From a virus (taxonomy: Duplodnaviria; Caudoviricetes), in IMG/VR virus record IMGVR_UViG_2974784921_000001, positions 4,060-68,059 of that record: DNA of 64,000 nt; one strand, 5' to 3'. The number at the start of each line of letters is the position of its first letter. Positions within the stretch are counted from its first letter, which is position 1. The notes beneath the pieces were generated by a model that worked only from the letters and a program-made list of their open reading frames with translations, was not told the DNA's origin and did no database searches. The translations under genes were made by a program, and so were the position numbers. Shown piece after piece: positions 40,622-50,060 of this stretch.

Positions 40622-41778
40622 TGGCTTACCCTAATAATTAATCGTTTACTGGCTCTAGATGCACCTGAGTACACAAGCCTTCTGTACATTTCACGCTGGA
40701 TGCGGTACGCATCTTCTACATCAATAAGGTCTAGGAAGACTGTCTCAATGGTTGAGCCTTGAGCCACATGGATAGTATTAGCATAGGTGTGTTGTAGGTT
40801 AACTAGTCCTTCAGGTTTTGACCCGTATTCTGCCTTAAAGTTACGGATGTACTCTTTAGGATTAACCGGCATAAACTGGGATTTGTTAAACACATAACAT
40901 TCACCAAAACTGTCCTTAGTAATACTGGAGCTATTGACAGTAAGTAATGCTCCATCACGCATGGCTTGAGAATAACCAGATTGACGTAAGATAGTTCCCC
41001 TAGGGTACAGCTCAGTATGCTTGTACACCTGAGTATGAATGTACTCGTTATAGGCTCTGGTTCGCTCTCTGTGGAACGATAAGATACGAGCAGTACTAGG
41101 ACTCCAATCAGTGGTGTAATGCTGTTCTAGATGCTTCTGGAAGCCTTTACCATCGACACAGATAATTGAATCACCATTGTGCCATTCTTGAACCATAGGG
41201 TTTACACCATCTAGGACACACTTACGTAAGTAAGTATTGAAGTCTTGTAGCTTACCTTGGCTACGCATAATGGTAGTCATTGGATAGGTCTTAAGACCTA
41301 GTGTAGTGAGATAGGGAAACTCTTCATTTACTGGAGCCAACTGAGCTGAATCCATTACCCAACAGATTCTTGAGTTAGGTAGTTGTGCTTTAATCATCTC
41401 ATGCTGGTCTTGGTTTACGAATGAAGATTCATCTACAAATACCAATTGTGAATTTAATTTAGGTGCACCTCTAGGTTGCATCTTGTTGGTTCTAAAGCAT
41501 GGACGTAGACGAGAGTGGGAATAGATTGTCCCTTGTACTCCAAGTACTTTACAAGCTTCGTTAGTAGTACCTGTTAATAAAGAGGATATATAGAAATTGT
41601 TATCAAATATTCGACAAGCATCTATGAATGTAGACCAACCAAAATGGATATACTTGAGTAGGTGACCTTTACCTACTCCACCGGGACCATCAATAATAAT
41701 GTCCTCTGGATTTTTCTTGATAGCAAAGTTTCTAATCTTGTCATGGACACCTTGCTGTTCTGGTGTTAGTGGACTCAT
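40618..41778 (-). CDS. SF1B (Dda/RecD-like) DNA helicase (N4 gp37-like)
   Basis: GPGGVGKG, VDESS, DSAQLAPV, YANTIHVAQGST, YSGASRA. Confidence 0.9.
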   Translation of the reverse strand: MSPLTPEQQGVHDKIRNFAIKKNPEDIIIDGPGGVGKGHLLKYIHFGWSTFIDACRIFDNNFYISSLLTGTTNEACKVLGVQGTIYSHSRLRPCFRTNKMQPRGAPKLNSQLVFVDESSFVNQDQHEMIKAQLPNSRICWVMDSAQLAPVNEEFPYLTTLGLKTYPMTTIMRSQGKLQDFNTYLRKCVLDGVNPMVQEWHNGDSIICVDGKGFQKHLEQHYTTDWSPSTARILSFHRERTRAYNEYIHTQVYKHTELYPRGTILRQSGYSQAMRDGALLTVNSSSITKDSFGECYVFNKSQFMPVNPKEYIRNFKAEYGSKPEGLVNLQHTYANTIHVAQGSTIETVFLDLIDVEDAYRIQREMYRRLVYSGASRASKRLIIRVSQ

Positions 41779-41788
41779 GCAACTCCTT

Positions 41789-41816
41789 AAAAAAAAAACC
41801 TCCCACTAGGGGAGGT
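41789..41816 (-). terminator. Rho-independent terminator
   Basis: Minus strand ACCTCCC-CTAGT-GGGAGGT followed by a long T run. Confidence 0.8.
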
Positions 41817-41872
41817 ATATGTGTAGTCAAAAGTAGGACAAAGGAAACAGTAAAATCCTACCTGTAAGACTA

Positions 41873-43078
41873 CTAAGATTCTACATGGATCATAGTACCA
41901 AAGGATGGTTTTTCTGCTCTTTCGTTACCTACACAAATCCAGATTACTGGATAGTTAGGTTTCTCTGTTGGATAACGGAATTCCATATCGGTGAAGATAA
42001 TGAGGACTTCTGGTTGAATTTTGTCAAAGTGTTCAAATACAGGGAAAATGTTAGTGCCACCATGACCACGAAAATTAATCTTATCAAGTGACTCTCCTGC
42101 TTTGAACTTGAATTGGCTACTGATGTTAGTAGTGAAACCTACAATGTCTAATTGGCTTGGCTTCATTTGGTTCCATACTGCATGAATAGCACCTAAGTAT
42201 AGGCGTACATCATCGTCAGATACTGAACATGATTCATCATGAGCCATGCCAATAGCACCAAGGGATTCACTGTGAAGTGTTGGTGCATAGAGACCTTGTG
42301 CAAGGTAGTGGGCATTAGGCTTCATGTATGAGTAATCGTCCTTATTGTTCATGTCATGCATGTATTTCATAAGGAGTTTATTCCAAGGTAGTTTAGGATT
42401 GATTAGCTTATCAATGGCTCCTTGTACTGAGTCTGGGATAGATTCAGAACAACCTTTCTGGGTAGCTTGGATAGCAGCTTGCTGCACTGCATTCTGTACA
42501 TCGTTGATTTGCTCTGCTTCTGATTTAGAGAAGCTTGGTGAACTATCTTGGTCACCATCTTCTGGTTCATCACCTTGTCCACCACAGTCACCTGCAAGAG
42601 CATTATCTTGTTCTTCATTTTCATCCATAAGGATGTCATAGATTTGCTCTTTATCCATACCATCGAATCGTGTATCTCGAAGGTATTGCATTGGATTGCC
42701 GTCATAGACGTAAGGACTAGGGTAACTTACTGAGTTAATCTCTTTATCAATGAAAGCATTGTTAAAGTAATCTATAGCATCGTTCCATACTCTAGGGTCA
42801 CGATTACCTCTGCGAGCTTGGTCCATAAATGCAGGGTGAAGTGCTTCATGGAACAATACAAAGATTTGGTGTGCTTGTAGTTCTTTAGGGTCACTATGAC
42901 TATTCATGAACCACACTGGATTAATACGTAGTTCCATGCCACCAATACATGCAGTAGGAATAGACTCATCAGCGATAACATTACATTGCAGTAAGATTTG
43001 ACTAAAGTAAGACAGTTCTTTGGTAGTCATTAAGAACATACGGATTTCATCAACGCATTCATTAAATTCTTTATACAT
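41873..43078 (-). CDS. Metallopeptidase + vWA domain protein (N4 gp25-like)
   Basis: HEALH, WNDAIDY, MIDAS-like DESCSVS, GHGGT, IFTD. Confidence 0.9.
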   Translation of the reverse strand: MYKEFNECVDEIRMFLMTTKELSYFSQILLQCNVIADESIPTACIGGMELRINPVWFMNSHSDPKELQAHQIFVLFHEALHPAFMDQARRGNRDPRVWNDAIDYFNNAFIDKEINSVSYPSPYVYDGNPMQYLRDTRFDGMDKEQIYDILMDENEEQDNALAGDCGGQGDEPEDGDQDSSPSFSKSEAEQINDVQNAVQQAAIQATQKGCSESIPDSVQGAIDKLINPKLPWNKLLMKYMHDMNNKDDYSYMKPNAHYLAQGLYAPTLHSESLGAIGMAHDESCSVSDDDVRLYLGAIHAVWNQMKPSQLDIVGFTTNISSQFKFKAGESLDKINFRGHGGTNIFPVFEHFDKIQPEVLIIFTDMEFRYPTEKPNYPVIWICVGNERAEKPSFGTMIHVES

Positions 43079-43125
43079 AGTGTTTCCTTAAAGTAGGGGA
43101 GATTTACTCCCCTTTGTTTTGGTTA

Positions 43126-44295
43126 TTATTTAAATTTCTTTTTGACTTCCACAATCTTGTTAATGAAGAAGTCCATACCATCTAGTTCCATAAAGTCATC
43201 ATTCTGAATGAATGACATCTCAGCAAATGGATAAGCAAATGCAGTACCTAGACGCTTAACGTATTCAGAAATACTTAGTGCATTATCCTCATCAACCTTC
43301 ATGGCTAGGCTAGTGATAAGCAGGTAACGAGCACCACGGTCATCAGGTACATGACAACCAGCAGGGTCTGCAAGGATTTGGTCTAGTGTTACTAGCTCTT
43401 TGTACTGTTGAGTGAAGTTCACAAACTCACTAGCCATAGAACCAATCATGCCATAAAGCACATTCATAGCTTCGATAGGGATTGGTTGGTCTTGGTCTGG
43501 ATGGTTAGCACGTAAGTATGAGTTAACCATGTCCCATGTACGCTCACAGCGATATGTAGGGTCAGATGAGTTAGAGTTGTTGAATGATTCAAATGTATTT
43601 AACTCAGATGGTTTGTAAGATAGGTAAGCGTAGATACGCAAATCCCATTTCCACTCAGCCATCTTCATCAGGAACTTCTCAGTATTTGATTTGATAGTGA
43701 AGTGAACCAGACGAGATTTCAGTGCACTGGACATTTCACCGGTTGCTGCAGCATTATCTGATACACGGTTACCGGCAGCTACAGTGAATGCTCTAGGGTG
43801 TAGTTTGTGTTGCCCTACTTCACGCTCAAGCAAGATTTTGTATGCAGCAGACTGACATGCACGAGGAGCATCAGGCAGTTCATCAAAGCTGATTAACCAA
43901 CCACGGTAGCAGTACTTCTTCTGGAAGTCTTTGATAGCTGCTTCATCTTTCAAGCCATCATAGTCAGCTTGCATGTGCTCAAACTGAGGTAGCAATGGCA
44001 GTGGGTCAGTGGCTAGAGGAAATCGCTTAGGTGGTAGGAATGTACTACGGTCACCATCAATAGATAGAGCACCATTCAATACTACTGGGTCTTCAGTACC
44101 CATACGTACATCAATGAATTTTAGGTTCAGTTCTGAGCCAATACCGCGTAATAGTGCTGACTTACCACAACCCGGTGATGCAGTTAGAAATGGTACAAGA
44201 GGTACTCCTGTACCTTGTTTGAAGGTCATCTCGTTTGCACGCAGACAGTTCATGATTGCAGAACGAGCTTCAGATAAATCGAATTCAAATTTCAT
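43126..44295 (-). CDS. MoxR-type AAA+ ATPase (N4 gp24-like)
   Basis: SPGCGKS, FDEL, AAGNR, MSSALKSRLVH, ERTW; adjacent to the vWA gene. Confidence 0.9.
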   Translation of the reverse strand: MKFEFDLSEARSAIMNCLRANEMTFKQGTGVPLVPFLTASPGCGKSALLRGIGSELNLKFIDVRMGTEDPVVLNGALSIDGDRSTFLPPKRFPLATDPLPLLPQFEHMQADYDGLKDEAAIKDFQKKYCYRGWLISFDELPDAPRACQSAAYKILLEREVGQHKLHPRAFTVAAGNRVSDNAAATGEMSSALKSRLVHFTIKSNTEKFLMKMAEWKWDLRIYAYLSYKPSELNTFESFNNSNSSDPTYRCERTWDMVNSYLRANHPDQDQPIPIEAMNVLYGMIGSMASEFVNFTQQYKELVTLDQILADPAGCHVPDDRGARYLLITSLAMKVDEDNALSISEYVKRLGTAFAYPFAEMSFIQNDDFMELDGMDFFINKIVEVKKKFK

Positions 44296-44330
44296 AGTTG
44301 TTTCCTTTGGTTATTTATTTGTTTAATTGT

Positions 44331-44354
44331 TCAAGAGACTGTCCGAAGGACAGT
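44331..44354 (-). promoter_or_regulatory. Template-strand triloop hairpin, candidate promoter
   Basis: TC-N5-ACTGTCC-GAA-GGACAGT. Confidence 0.55.
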
Positions 44355-44356
44355 TA

Positions 44357-44788
44357 TTAGATTTTTACTAGAGGTCTTAGAAAGAAAGGTATGGTGCTTT
44401 TAATACTTTTCTTAAGTTTTTCCAATTCATTGTTTGGAACATAAAAAGCATTAATAGTTTTTGTTACATGGAACTCAGCATTGTTAGTTACACAGACCGC
44501 TAGTGTAGGGTCAAAGTAATTTCCATAAATATCTTCACAGATAAAATGAGCAACTACTTCTGGCTTTATTGCACCTGAGACTATGTAACCTGCGTGTACT
44601 TTAACTACTTCTTTAGTATGTTGTAGATGCCATAAAGCATTATAGTGGCATCGGGCATTCATGAGTGGAGGGTGATAAGTACAGTGAGACAATGTAACTG
44701 TCTTTATTACTTTACTTTTAGCATTTTTAATTAATAAGTTTTCTACAAAACCAATGTACATATGTAATGGTTCCTTATTTAAAAACAT
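44357..44788 (-). CDS. Hypothetical protein (C...H...DPTL, possible papain/transglutaminase-like fold)
   Basis: RCHYNA, VAHF, YFDPTL. Confidence 0.5.
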   Translation of the reverse strand: MFLNKEPLHMYIGFVENLLIKNAKSKVIKTVTLSHCTYHPPLMNARCHYNALWHLQHTKEVVKVHAGYIVSGAIKPEVVAHFICEDIYGNYFDPTLAVCVTNNAEFHVTKTINAFYVPNNELEKLKKSIKSTIPFFLRPLVKI

Positions 44789-45410
44789 TTAGTGGTCGGA
44801 TGTAGAACGTAGCGCAGTCTTCTACGTAGTTTTTCTTGCGGATTAAGAACTGAGTTGGCTTTTCCATAATGATTTCTAATGAGTCATCCCATTTGTAATC
44901 ATTGAACCAAAGCAAGTGATTGTAGGTGTCTTTATTTAAGGTTTCTTTGAACGCCTTAAACACATCAATGTAGTCACATACAACATCCATACATTCTTCA
45001 GAATAAGTACCATGAGCTAACTGGTACATATGGTTATCAGCTAGATGATTAACCACATCTAATACATGATTAGCTAGGTCCACTGAGTGAAGCTCTGCTG
45101 TGTGATACTGCCTACCAATACACTTGGATAGGAAAGTATACAAATCACTGCGAGAGTAACGCTTAGACTTCCACAGAGGGTCTAGCACACTATGTATCTG
45201 TTTACGGATTTCTTTGATTTCAGGAGTAGGAATTACTCCTAATGGTTTGGTTGGTTCTTTGGTTTTGTGATGACACCCTACAAAGTTACCGCAAGCATCA
45301 CACTTCCAGAATGGAAGGGAAGCTAAGTCTTCTCTGTGAGGGTAGATTTCAAAACCATCAGTGAGTCTTGCTTCTACTGCTATCTCACATTGACAACAAT
45401 AAATTTTCAT
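44775..45410 (-). CDS. Zinc-finger protein (DUF3268-like) with C-terminal extension
   Basis: CCQC, FWKCDACGNFVGCH, PLG, HSVLDPLWK, SRSDLYTFLS. Confidence 0.7.
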   Translation of the reverse strand: MKIYCCQCEIAVEARLTDGFEIYPHREDLASLPFWKCDACGNFVGCHHKTKEPTKPLGVIPTPEIKEIRKQIHSVLDPLWKSKRYSRSDLYTFLSKCIGRQYHTAELHSVDLANHVLDVVNHLADNHMYQLAHGTYSEECMDVVCDYIDVFKAFKETLNKDTYNHLLWFNDYKWDDSLEIIMEKPTQFLIRKKNYVEDCATFYIRPLNVFK

Positions 45411-45571
45411 TGCTTCTCCTCAATTTCAAGCTGAACACATTGACCATTAATTAGTTCTTTACCAAGTTGTTCACAAGTGAATTGTTTAGAGTAAATGTGT
45501 GAAAGTAATCCTGTAAGTGATGCAAAACAAATGATGATCATTACAATTAAATTTCTTTCAAAAGTATTCAT
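45407..45571 (-). CDS. 54 aa membrane peptide (not in ORF track)
   Basis: TAATG and ATGA overlaps at both ends; TM helix then C-x9-C. Confidence 0.6.
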   Translation of the reverse strand: MNTFERNLIVMIIICFASLTGLLSHIYSKQFTCEQLGKELINGQCVQLEIEEKQ

Positions 45572-45858
45572 TATTTCTCCAATGATGCACCCATAGCTAG
45601 GAAAGTTTCCTGTCCTACATTGGTTACACGGTTGATACTGTTAGATTGTTTGGCTAGCCAACCTACTAAGTACATTTGTCTTAAAGCATCTGCAATTAGG
45701 GCTTTAATAACTGGGCTAGTCATACGTTTGTGTAAGCATTTGAGAGTATGTCTTAATGCTTTGTTTGGTTTAGCTTTGTTAAATTCCACAGCTAAGAAAC
45801 AGCTAAGGAGTACAGATGAGTACTCACTAGCTATTAGTTCTTTCTCTTCCTGTGTCAT
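45571..45858 (-). CDS. Hypothetical protein
   Basis: Coupled ORF in the operon. Confidence 0.6.
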   Translation of the reverse strand: MTQEEKELIASEYSSVLLSCFLAVEFNKAKPNKALRHTLKCLHKRMTSPVIKALIADALRQMYLVGWLAKQSNSINRVTNVGQETFLAMGASLEK

Positions 45859-46208
45859 ATAGGTTTCCTCATAATTATCCAGTCAGGGTTTACGTAGTAA
45901 CCATTGGTATCTATGTAACCTTTCTGAGTAGCCCCATAAAATGCCAAGGCTATTGTCACTTTAATATTTTCTTCTTTAAACCTGATTAACAAAATCTCAG
46001 GAGGTATATGGGAATATACAGGCACATAAGAAGGGAAATCAGTCCTACGGAATGAGGTTTTTTCTAGGGTTATTTCCCTGTTAAAGAATTCATCTTTGTT
46101 ATCTGGTTTAGGTCTTTCCTTAAGATTTCTTAAGTATTTAACACTTCCCTTAAGTACTCTGTAGATTAAGACATTTAACGATAACCATAAAATCGCAAAT
46201 GAAATCAT
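45855..46208 (-). CDS. Hypothetical protein with N-terminal hydrophobic helix (ends WIIMRKPI)
   Basis: Coupled ORF; C-terminus resembles the paralog motif. Confidence 0.55.
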   Translation of the reverse strand: MISFAILWLSLNVLIYRVLKGSVKYLRNLKERPKPDNKDEFFNREITLEKTSFRRTDFPSYVPVYSHIPPEILLIRFKEENIKVTIALAFYGATQKGYIDTNGYYVNPDWIIMRKPI

Positions 46209-46214
46209 AGGCAG

Positions 46215-47027
46215 TTACTCAAAGCTAAGTGTTCTCTGGAAGGAAGTACGTTTTACTTCTTTAGAGCCAAGACGTCCATCACAAATGAAGTACTGGTTAA
46301 TGAGAGTAGTAAGGTAACGAACACCAATAGAGTTCTTCTCATAGTTCTCTTCAAGATGGGCATTAAGGCAAGCCAATACTTCCTCTTTAGATTGGCTAGG
46401 GAATAGTTCTAAATAAGCTTCTAGTGTTTTAGAAGTAGCTAGGATTTTCTTGAGAGATTCCAGTGATACTGGCTCAAGGTTGTACACTAGTCCTACTCGT
46501 CCTAAGAATTCAGTCTTCACACCAAATTCACGTAGACGGTCTAGGTTGATGTTCTCTTCGTTGTTGAATGCACCGGCAAAGATAAATAAAACATTATTTA
46601 CACGAGCATTTACAAATTTACCAAAGTCTGCTGACACTGCTGTATGGTCAGATTCTAGAATCTTAAGGAATTCATTCTGTACACCGTTGGTTGACTCATG
46701 AGCCAATTGACCATTGCTGTTACCTGAGATGAATAGCTTATCAAATTCATCCACCAGACAGACCACAAGCTCACCACCATGGTTCAGTAGTGGAGTAAGG
46801 CATTTGCTAATACTATTACCTGCAAGACCTTCCTTAGTGATTTGAGCTGCATTGATTTCCATGAAAGTTAGTCCATGCTCTTCACAGATAGTGTTGATAG
46901 TGTGAGTCTTACCTGAACCAGATGGACCAGTTAGTACAAAATGAGGTCGTAGTTCACCTTCGCTAGAAGCAAAGATTTGGAAGATTCGGTTAATTTCTTT
47001 TTGTACTTGCGCTTGTTCTTTAATCAT
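46215..47027 (-). CDS. ClpX/HslU-like AAA+ ATPase
   Basis: GPSGSGKT, AAQITKEGLAG, VDEFDKL, GVQNEFLKILE, VLFIFAGAF, FGVKTEFLGRV. Confidence 0.85.
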   Translation of the reverse strand: MIKEQAQVQKEINRIFQIFASSEGELRPHFVLTGPSGSGKTHTINTICEEHGLTFMEINAAQITKEGLAGNSISKCLTPLLNHGGELVVCLVDEFDKLFISGNSNGQLAHESTNGVQNEFLKILESDHTAVSADFGKFVNARVNNVLFIFAGAFNNEENINLDRLREFGVKTEFLGRVGLVYNLEPVSLESLKKILATSKTLEAYLELFPSQSKEEVLACLNAHLEENYEKNSIGVRYLTTLINQYFICDGRLGSKEVKRTSFQRTLSFE

Positions 47028-47608
47028 TGTTTGTTTCCTTTTAAATTTTGTATAATTTTTTCGAACTTTTCATTACGTTTTCTTTCAAACTCTGGACGTT
47101 CATTCAGTTCTTTAATGAATCGTTTGTAGTCATTGTGAAATTCAAACTCACGTTTACGTTCGGGAACCTTCTTACCTTTAGCTTTTACCCGGTCATAAAA
47201 ATCTCCCAGCCTTTCATCTAATCCTTTATTCTCTGGATGTAAAATGTAGTACAGCTCTTGTGGGTCATAATCGTAATGACAACGGAATAGTAATACTGGT
47301 CCGTGAAGAGGGTCACTTAGATAACAGTGTTCCCCATCATCAATACAAGAATGACGGAATGTTTGGATAAAACTACTTACTGATTCCCAAGATGAAAGGT
47401 AACTACCTTGCTCTAGAAAACCATAAGGATTCTGGTCAGTAGAGAGGATTGCTTTGGTTACTTCATAGTATTCATCAAAGCATTCCTGCATATGAACACT
47501 AGCGTCTCTTAGGGATTTATCATTACACCTGTGCCAATGGTTAATAACATGTTGCTTACACACTTCATGGTCTTTATCCCACTTTTGAAACTTGTCTAAT
47601 GATTTCAT
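47024..47608 (-). CDS. Hypothetical protein
   Basis: 194 aa ORF with an AAGGA SD. Confidence 0.7.
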   Translation of the reverse strand: MKSLDKFQKWDKDHEVCKQHVINHWHRCNDKSLRDASVHMQECFDEYYEVTKAILSTDQNPYGFLEQGSYLSSWESVSSFIQTFRHSCIDDGEHCYLSDPLHGPVLLFRCHYDYDPQELYYILHPENKGLDERLGDFYDRVKAKGKKVPERKREFEFHNDYKRFIKELNERPEFERKRNEKFEKIIQNLKGNKQ

Positions 47609-47619
47609 TGCTTGGTTCC

Positions 47620-47865
47620 TTATTTGAATTCTATGTAGAGTAGATTAGCTTCAGGCGGTGAGATGGTGTATGTGTACCCAAGCTTATCCATAGCTTTAAT
47701 TAGTAGTGGACGGATTGCATCAGAATCTGCTGCACCTAGATGTTCAAATATTGCACCACCTCTATTGTTTCTCCATTGACGGATAACAAACTGCATCTCT
47801 TTTCTTGCTAAGCCGCAAGCATACTTAAATTTACTAGCAGCTAGTTCTTCATTTGATTTACGCAT
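47620..47865 (-). CDS. Hypothetical protein
   Basis: AAGGA SD; first gene after a hairpin. Confidence 0.65.
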   Translation of the reverse strand: MRKSNEELAASKFKYACGLARKEMQFVIRQWRNNRGGAIFEHLGAADSDAIRPLLIKAMDKLGYTYTISPPEANLLYIEFK

Positions 47866-47892
47866 TCTTGTTTCCTTATTTAAGAATTTTTA

Positions 47893-47915
47893 CCAAGAGA
47901 GCATACGGAGTATGC
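47893..47915 (-). promoter_or_regulatory. Template-strand triloop hairpin, candidate promoter
   Basis: CC-AAGAG-A-GCATAC-GGA-GTATGC. Confidence 0.5.
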
Positions 47916-48010
47916 GTTTGTGATCGATGTCTAATCGATCTATACTCTCGGCAGCTACAGCTACTCAAGAGTCCTACGGGACAAACCCATAAACTAAGAG
48001 GAGGAGTGGT

Positions 48011-48343
48011 ATGTCAGTTAATACCCCTCAACGAAAAATTAGAGGGACGGTAGCCAGTACTGAAACGTCTGGTGAATTCCCTAGCTATCTACGTGAACAT
48101 CAATTCTCTGTCACTCTATTTGATGCTGATGGTAAGCCTGTGACTAATGCTACAGGTTCAATCAATATCGAGGTCAGTGATGATGGTGTTAACTATGGCT
48201 CAATTGTGAGCACTCCCATTGATGTAAGTGACCCTGCTTATGACCGTCCTACTATGACTGGTTATATCAAGCGTGTACGTGTAACTCCTGATACCATTGT
48301 TGGTGCTGTTACCTATGAAGTCACTGTGACAAGCTGGAGGTAA
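48011..48343 (+). CDS. Small beta-rich putative virion protein
   Basis: GAGGAG SD; IEVSDDGVNY...RVRVT pattern; late-strand orientation. Confidence 0.6.
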   Translation: MSVNTPQRKIRGTVASTETSGEFPSYLREHQFSVTLFDADGKPVTNATGSINIEVSDDGVNYGSIVSTPIDVSDPAYDRPTMTGYIKRVRVTPDTIVGAVTYEVTVTSWR

Positions 48344-48345
48344 TC

Positions 48346-50016
48346 ATGAGTTCATTTCCCCCTATAGGTGGTATTGGTGGAGCAGGTTCACTCAATGTGC
48401 CTGATGACCACCGCTTTGCTACTACTGCTGCACGTGATGCAGCAATTCCTGACCCTAAACAGGGTGAGCAGTGTACTGTTCAATCAGGTGTACCTCAGTA
48501 CCATTTGCTACAAGAATACCGTGTGGATAAGTGGGTAGACATTACTTACATCATCGAAGGTCCAAAGGGTGAACAAGGTAAGGAAGGTCCACAAGGTCCA
48601 GCAGGTGGTAAGCTTCCACATAAGGACTTAGACGTTGCATTGTATGGTGATATGAATGCACCTGAGTGGATTGCTGAAGGTAATTTTGTTTATGCCTTTA
48701 TTAATCCAAAGTTTTCTGAATTATCTAATTCCCCTGCAAATGACTATGACTATGGTAATGACCCAGATAGGACATTCCCTATTGTTCATGGTGAACAAAC
48801 GGTAAACACCCACGATGGTAAAACGTATGTCACTCGTACATTTATCATTAACGAAGCAGACAGACCAAAAGCTTATAACCGTGAAGGTTATGTTGAGGAC
48901 AACACTTTCTACAATTGTCCTTGGCAACCTATTGATGGCTTGATTGTTAGTAAAAAACTAACCGATGGTTCATTCCAAAAAGTACCATCTGGTTTTATGA
49001 AATTTGGTGGCGGTCTTAAACCTGTATTTGATGGTGAGACTACAACTGTAAATGCTGTGGCTCCATTCAGTGAAGTTGTTGAGATTTTTGATAACTCAGA
49101 AGTGAGTAGTCCAGAAGACAACAAGACATACGTTTACTCAACAGTAGACTTAAAAGCTGACCATGAGTTCTGGTTAAACTTGGACCCTACAGATGTAGTT
49201 GAAGGTTACACTATTAGTGTTGCTACAGCTCCAACTTCAATGAGTTCAATCACTCTTTTCATGGGTAAATCAAAAGTACTAAAAGCTCCAATCTTACCGG
49301 GCAGTACTATTGTTATTAAACGCCTTACTGGAGAAAACCAATTCAGAATTTTCAAATCTGCTGGTGGTGTTTTCCTTGGTTTAGATGCATTGTTTTTAGA
49401 CCTTGACCCTGCTAATTGGCAAGACCATCCAATCAATACTTACTTTGTAAGTGAAGGTACTTTTGCCAATGTCAATTCTGATGTAAATGGTAAGACAGGT
49501 AAGTTACTTGCACAGGTAATTAATACTGATGTGCAAAACAACCCTAACTCAATGATTGTTCATATCTACACAATCATATCTGGTGAAGACTCCATTAATG
49601 GTTTGCAGTTTAAACGTGTAGCAGACACTAAAGAAAACTTCATTAATGCTCCGTTAGTACCACTAAATACTACTAGTGGTGGTGATGGTTTTGTTGACCA
49701 TGGAGCTATTGATAACTTAACAGCAGACTACAAAACACTTGCTGATGCTAAGTTATGTATTGGTAAAGGTTTGTCTGGTTCAGGTAACCTACGAGGTCAA
49801 ATCAATGACTTCATTGGTGGTACTACTTTCTTAGGTGAAACCACAATCAATAACATGTTCAACGCTACTCGTGATGACTTAGTGGTTATGCCTCAAGTAG
49901 AGTTCCATGCTTCTATTGGTGAAGACACTCACCCTACTGTGAGTTGTACTGGTGGACTAGATGGTGCAGTGGTTGGAGGTACATCTGATGACTTCAAACC
50001 AGTTGACCCATCATAG
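48346..50016 (+). CDS. Putative fibre/decoration protein with a short collagen-like repeat
   Basis: FATTAARDAA, GPKGEQGKEGPQGPAG, beta-rich remainder. Confidence 0.65.
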   Translation: MSSFPPIGGIGGAGSLNVPDDHRFATTAARDAAIPDPKQGEQCTVQSGVPQYHLLQEYRVDKWVDITYIIEGPKGEQGKEGPQGPAGGKLPHKDLDVALYGDMNAPEWIAEGNFVYAFINPKFSELSNSPANDYDYGNDPDRTFPIVHGEQTVNTHDGKTYVTRTFIINEADRPKAYNREGYVEDNTFYNCPWQPIDGLIVSKKLTDGSFQKVPSGFMKFGGGLKPVFDGETTTVNAVAPFSEVVEIFDNSEVSSPEDNKTYVYSTVDLKADHEFWLNLDPTDVVEGYTISVATAPTSMSSITLFMGKSKVLKAPILPGSTIVIKRLTGENQFRIFKSAGGVFLGLDALFLDLDPANWQDHPINTYFVSEGTFANVNSDVNGKTGKLLAQVINTDVQNNPNSMIVHIYTIISGEDSINGLQFKRVADTKENFINAPLVPLNTTSGGDGFVDHGAIDNLTADYKTLADAKLCIGKGLSGSGNLRGQINDFIGGTTFLGETTINNMFNATRDDLVVMPQVEFHASIGEDTHPTVSCTGGLDGAVVGGTSDDFKPVDPS

Positions 50017-50032
50017 TATTTAACCTAGCAAG

Positions 50033-50060
50033 AACCCCTCTAACGAGGGGTTTTTTATTT
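50033..50060. terminator. Terminator between convergent genes
   Basis: AACCCCTC-TAAC-GAGGGGTT-TTTTATTT. Confidence 0.8.
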
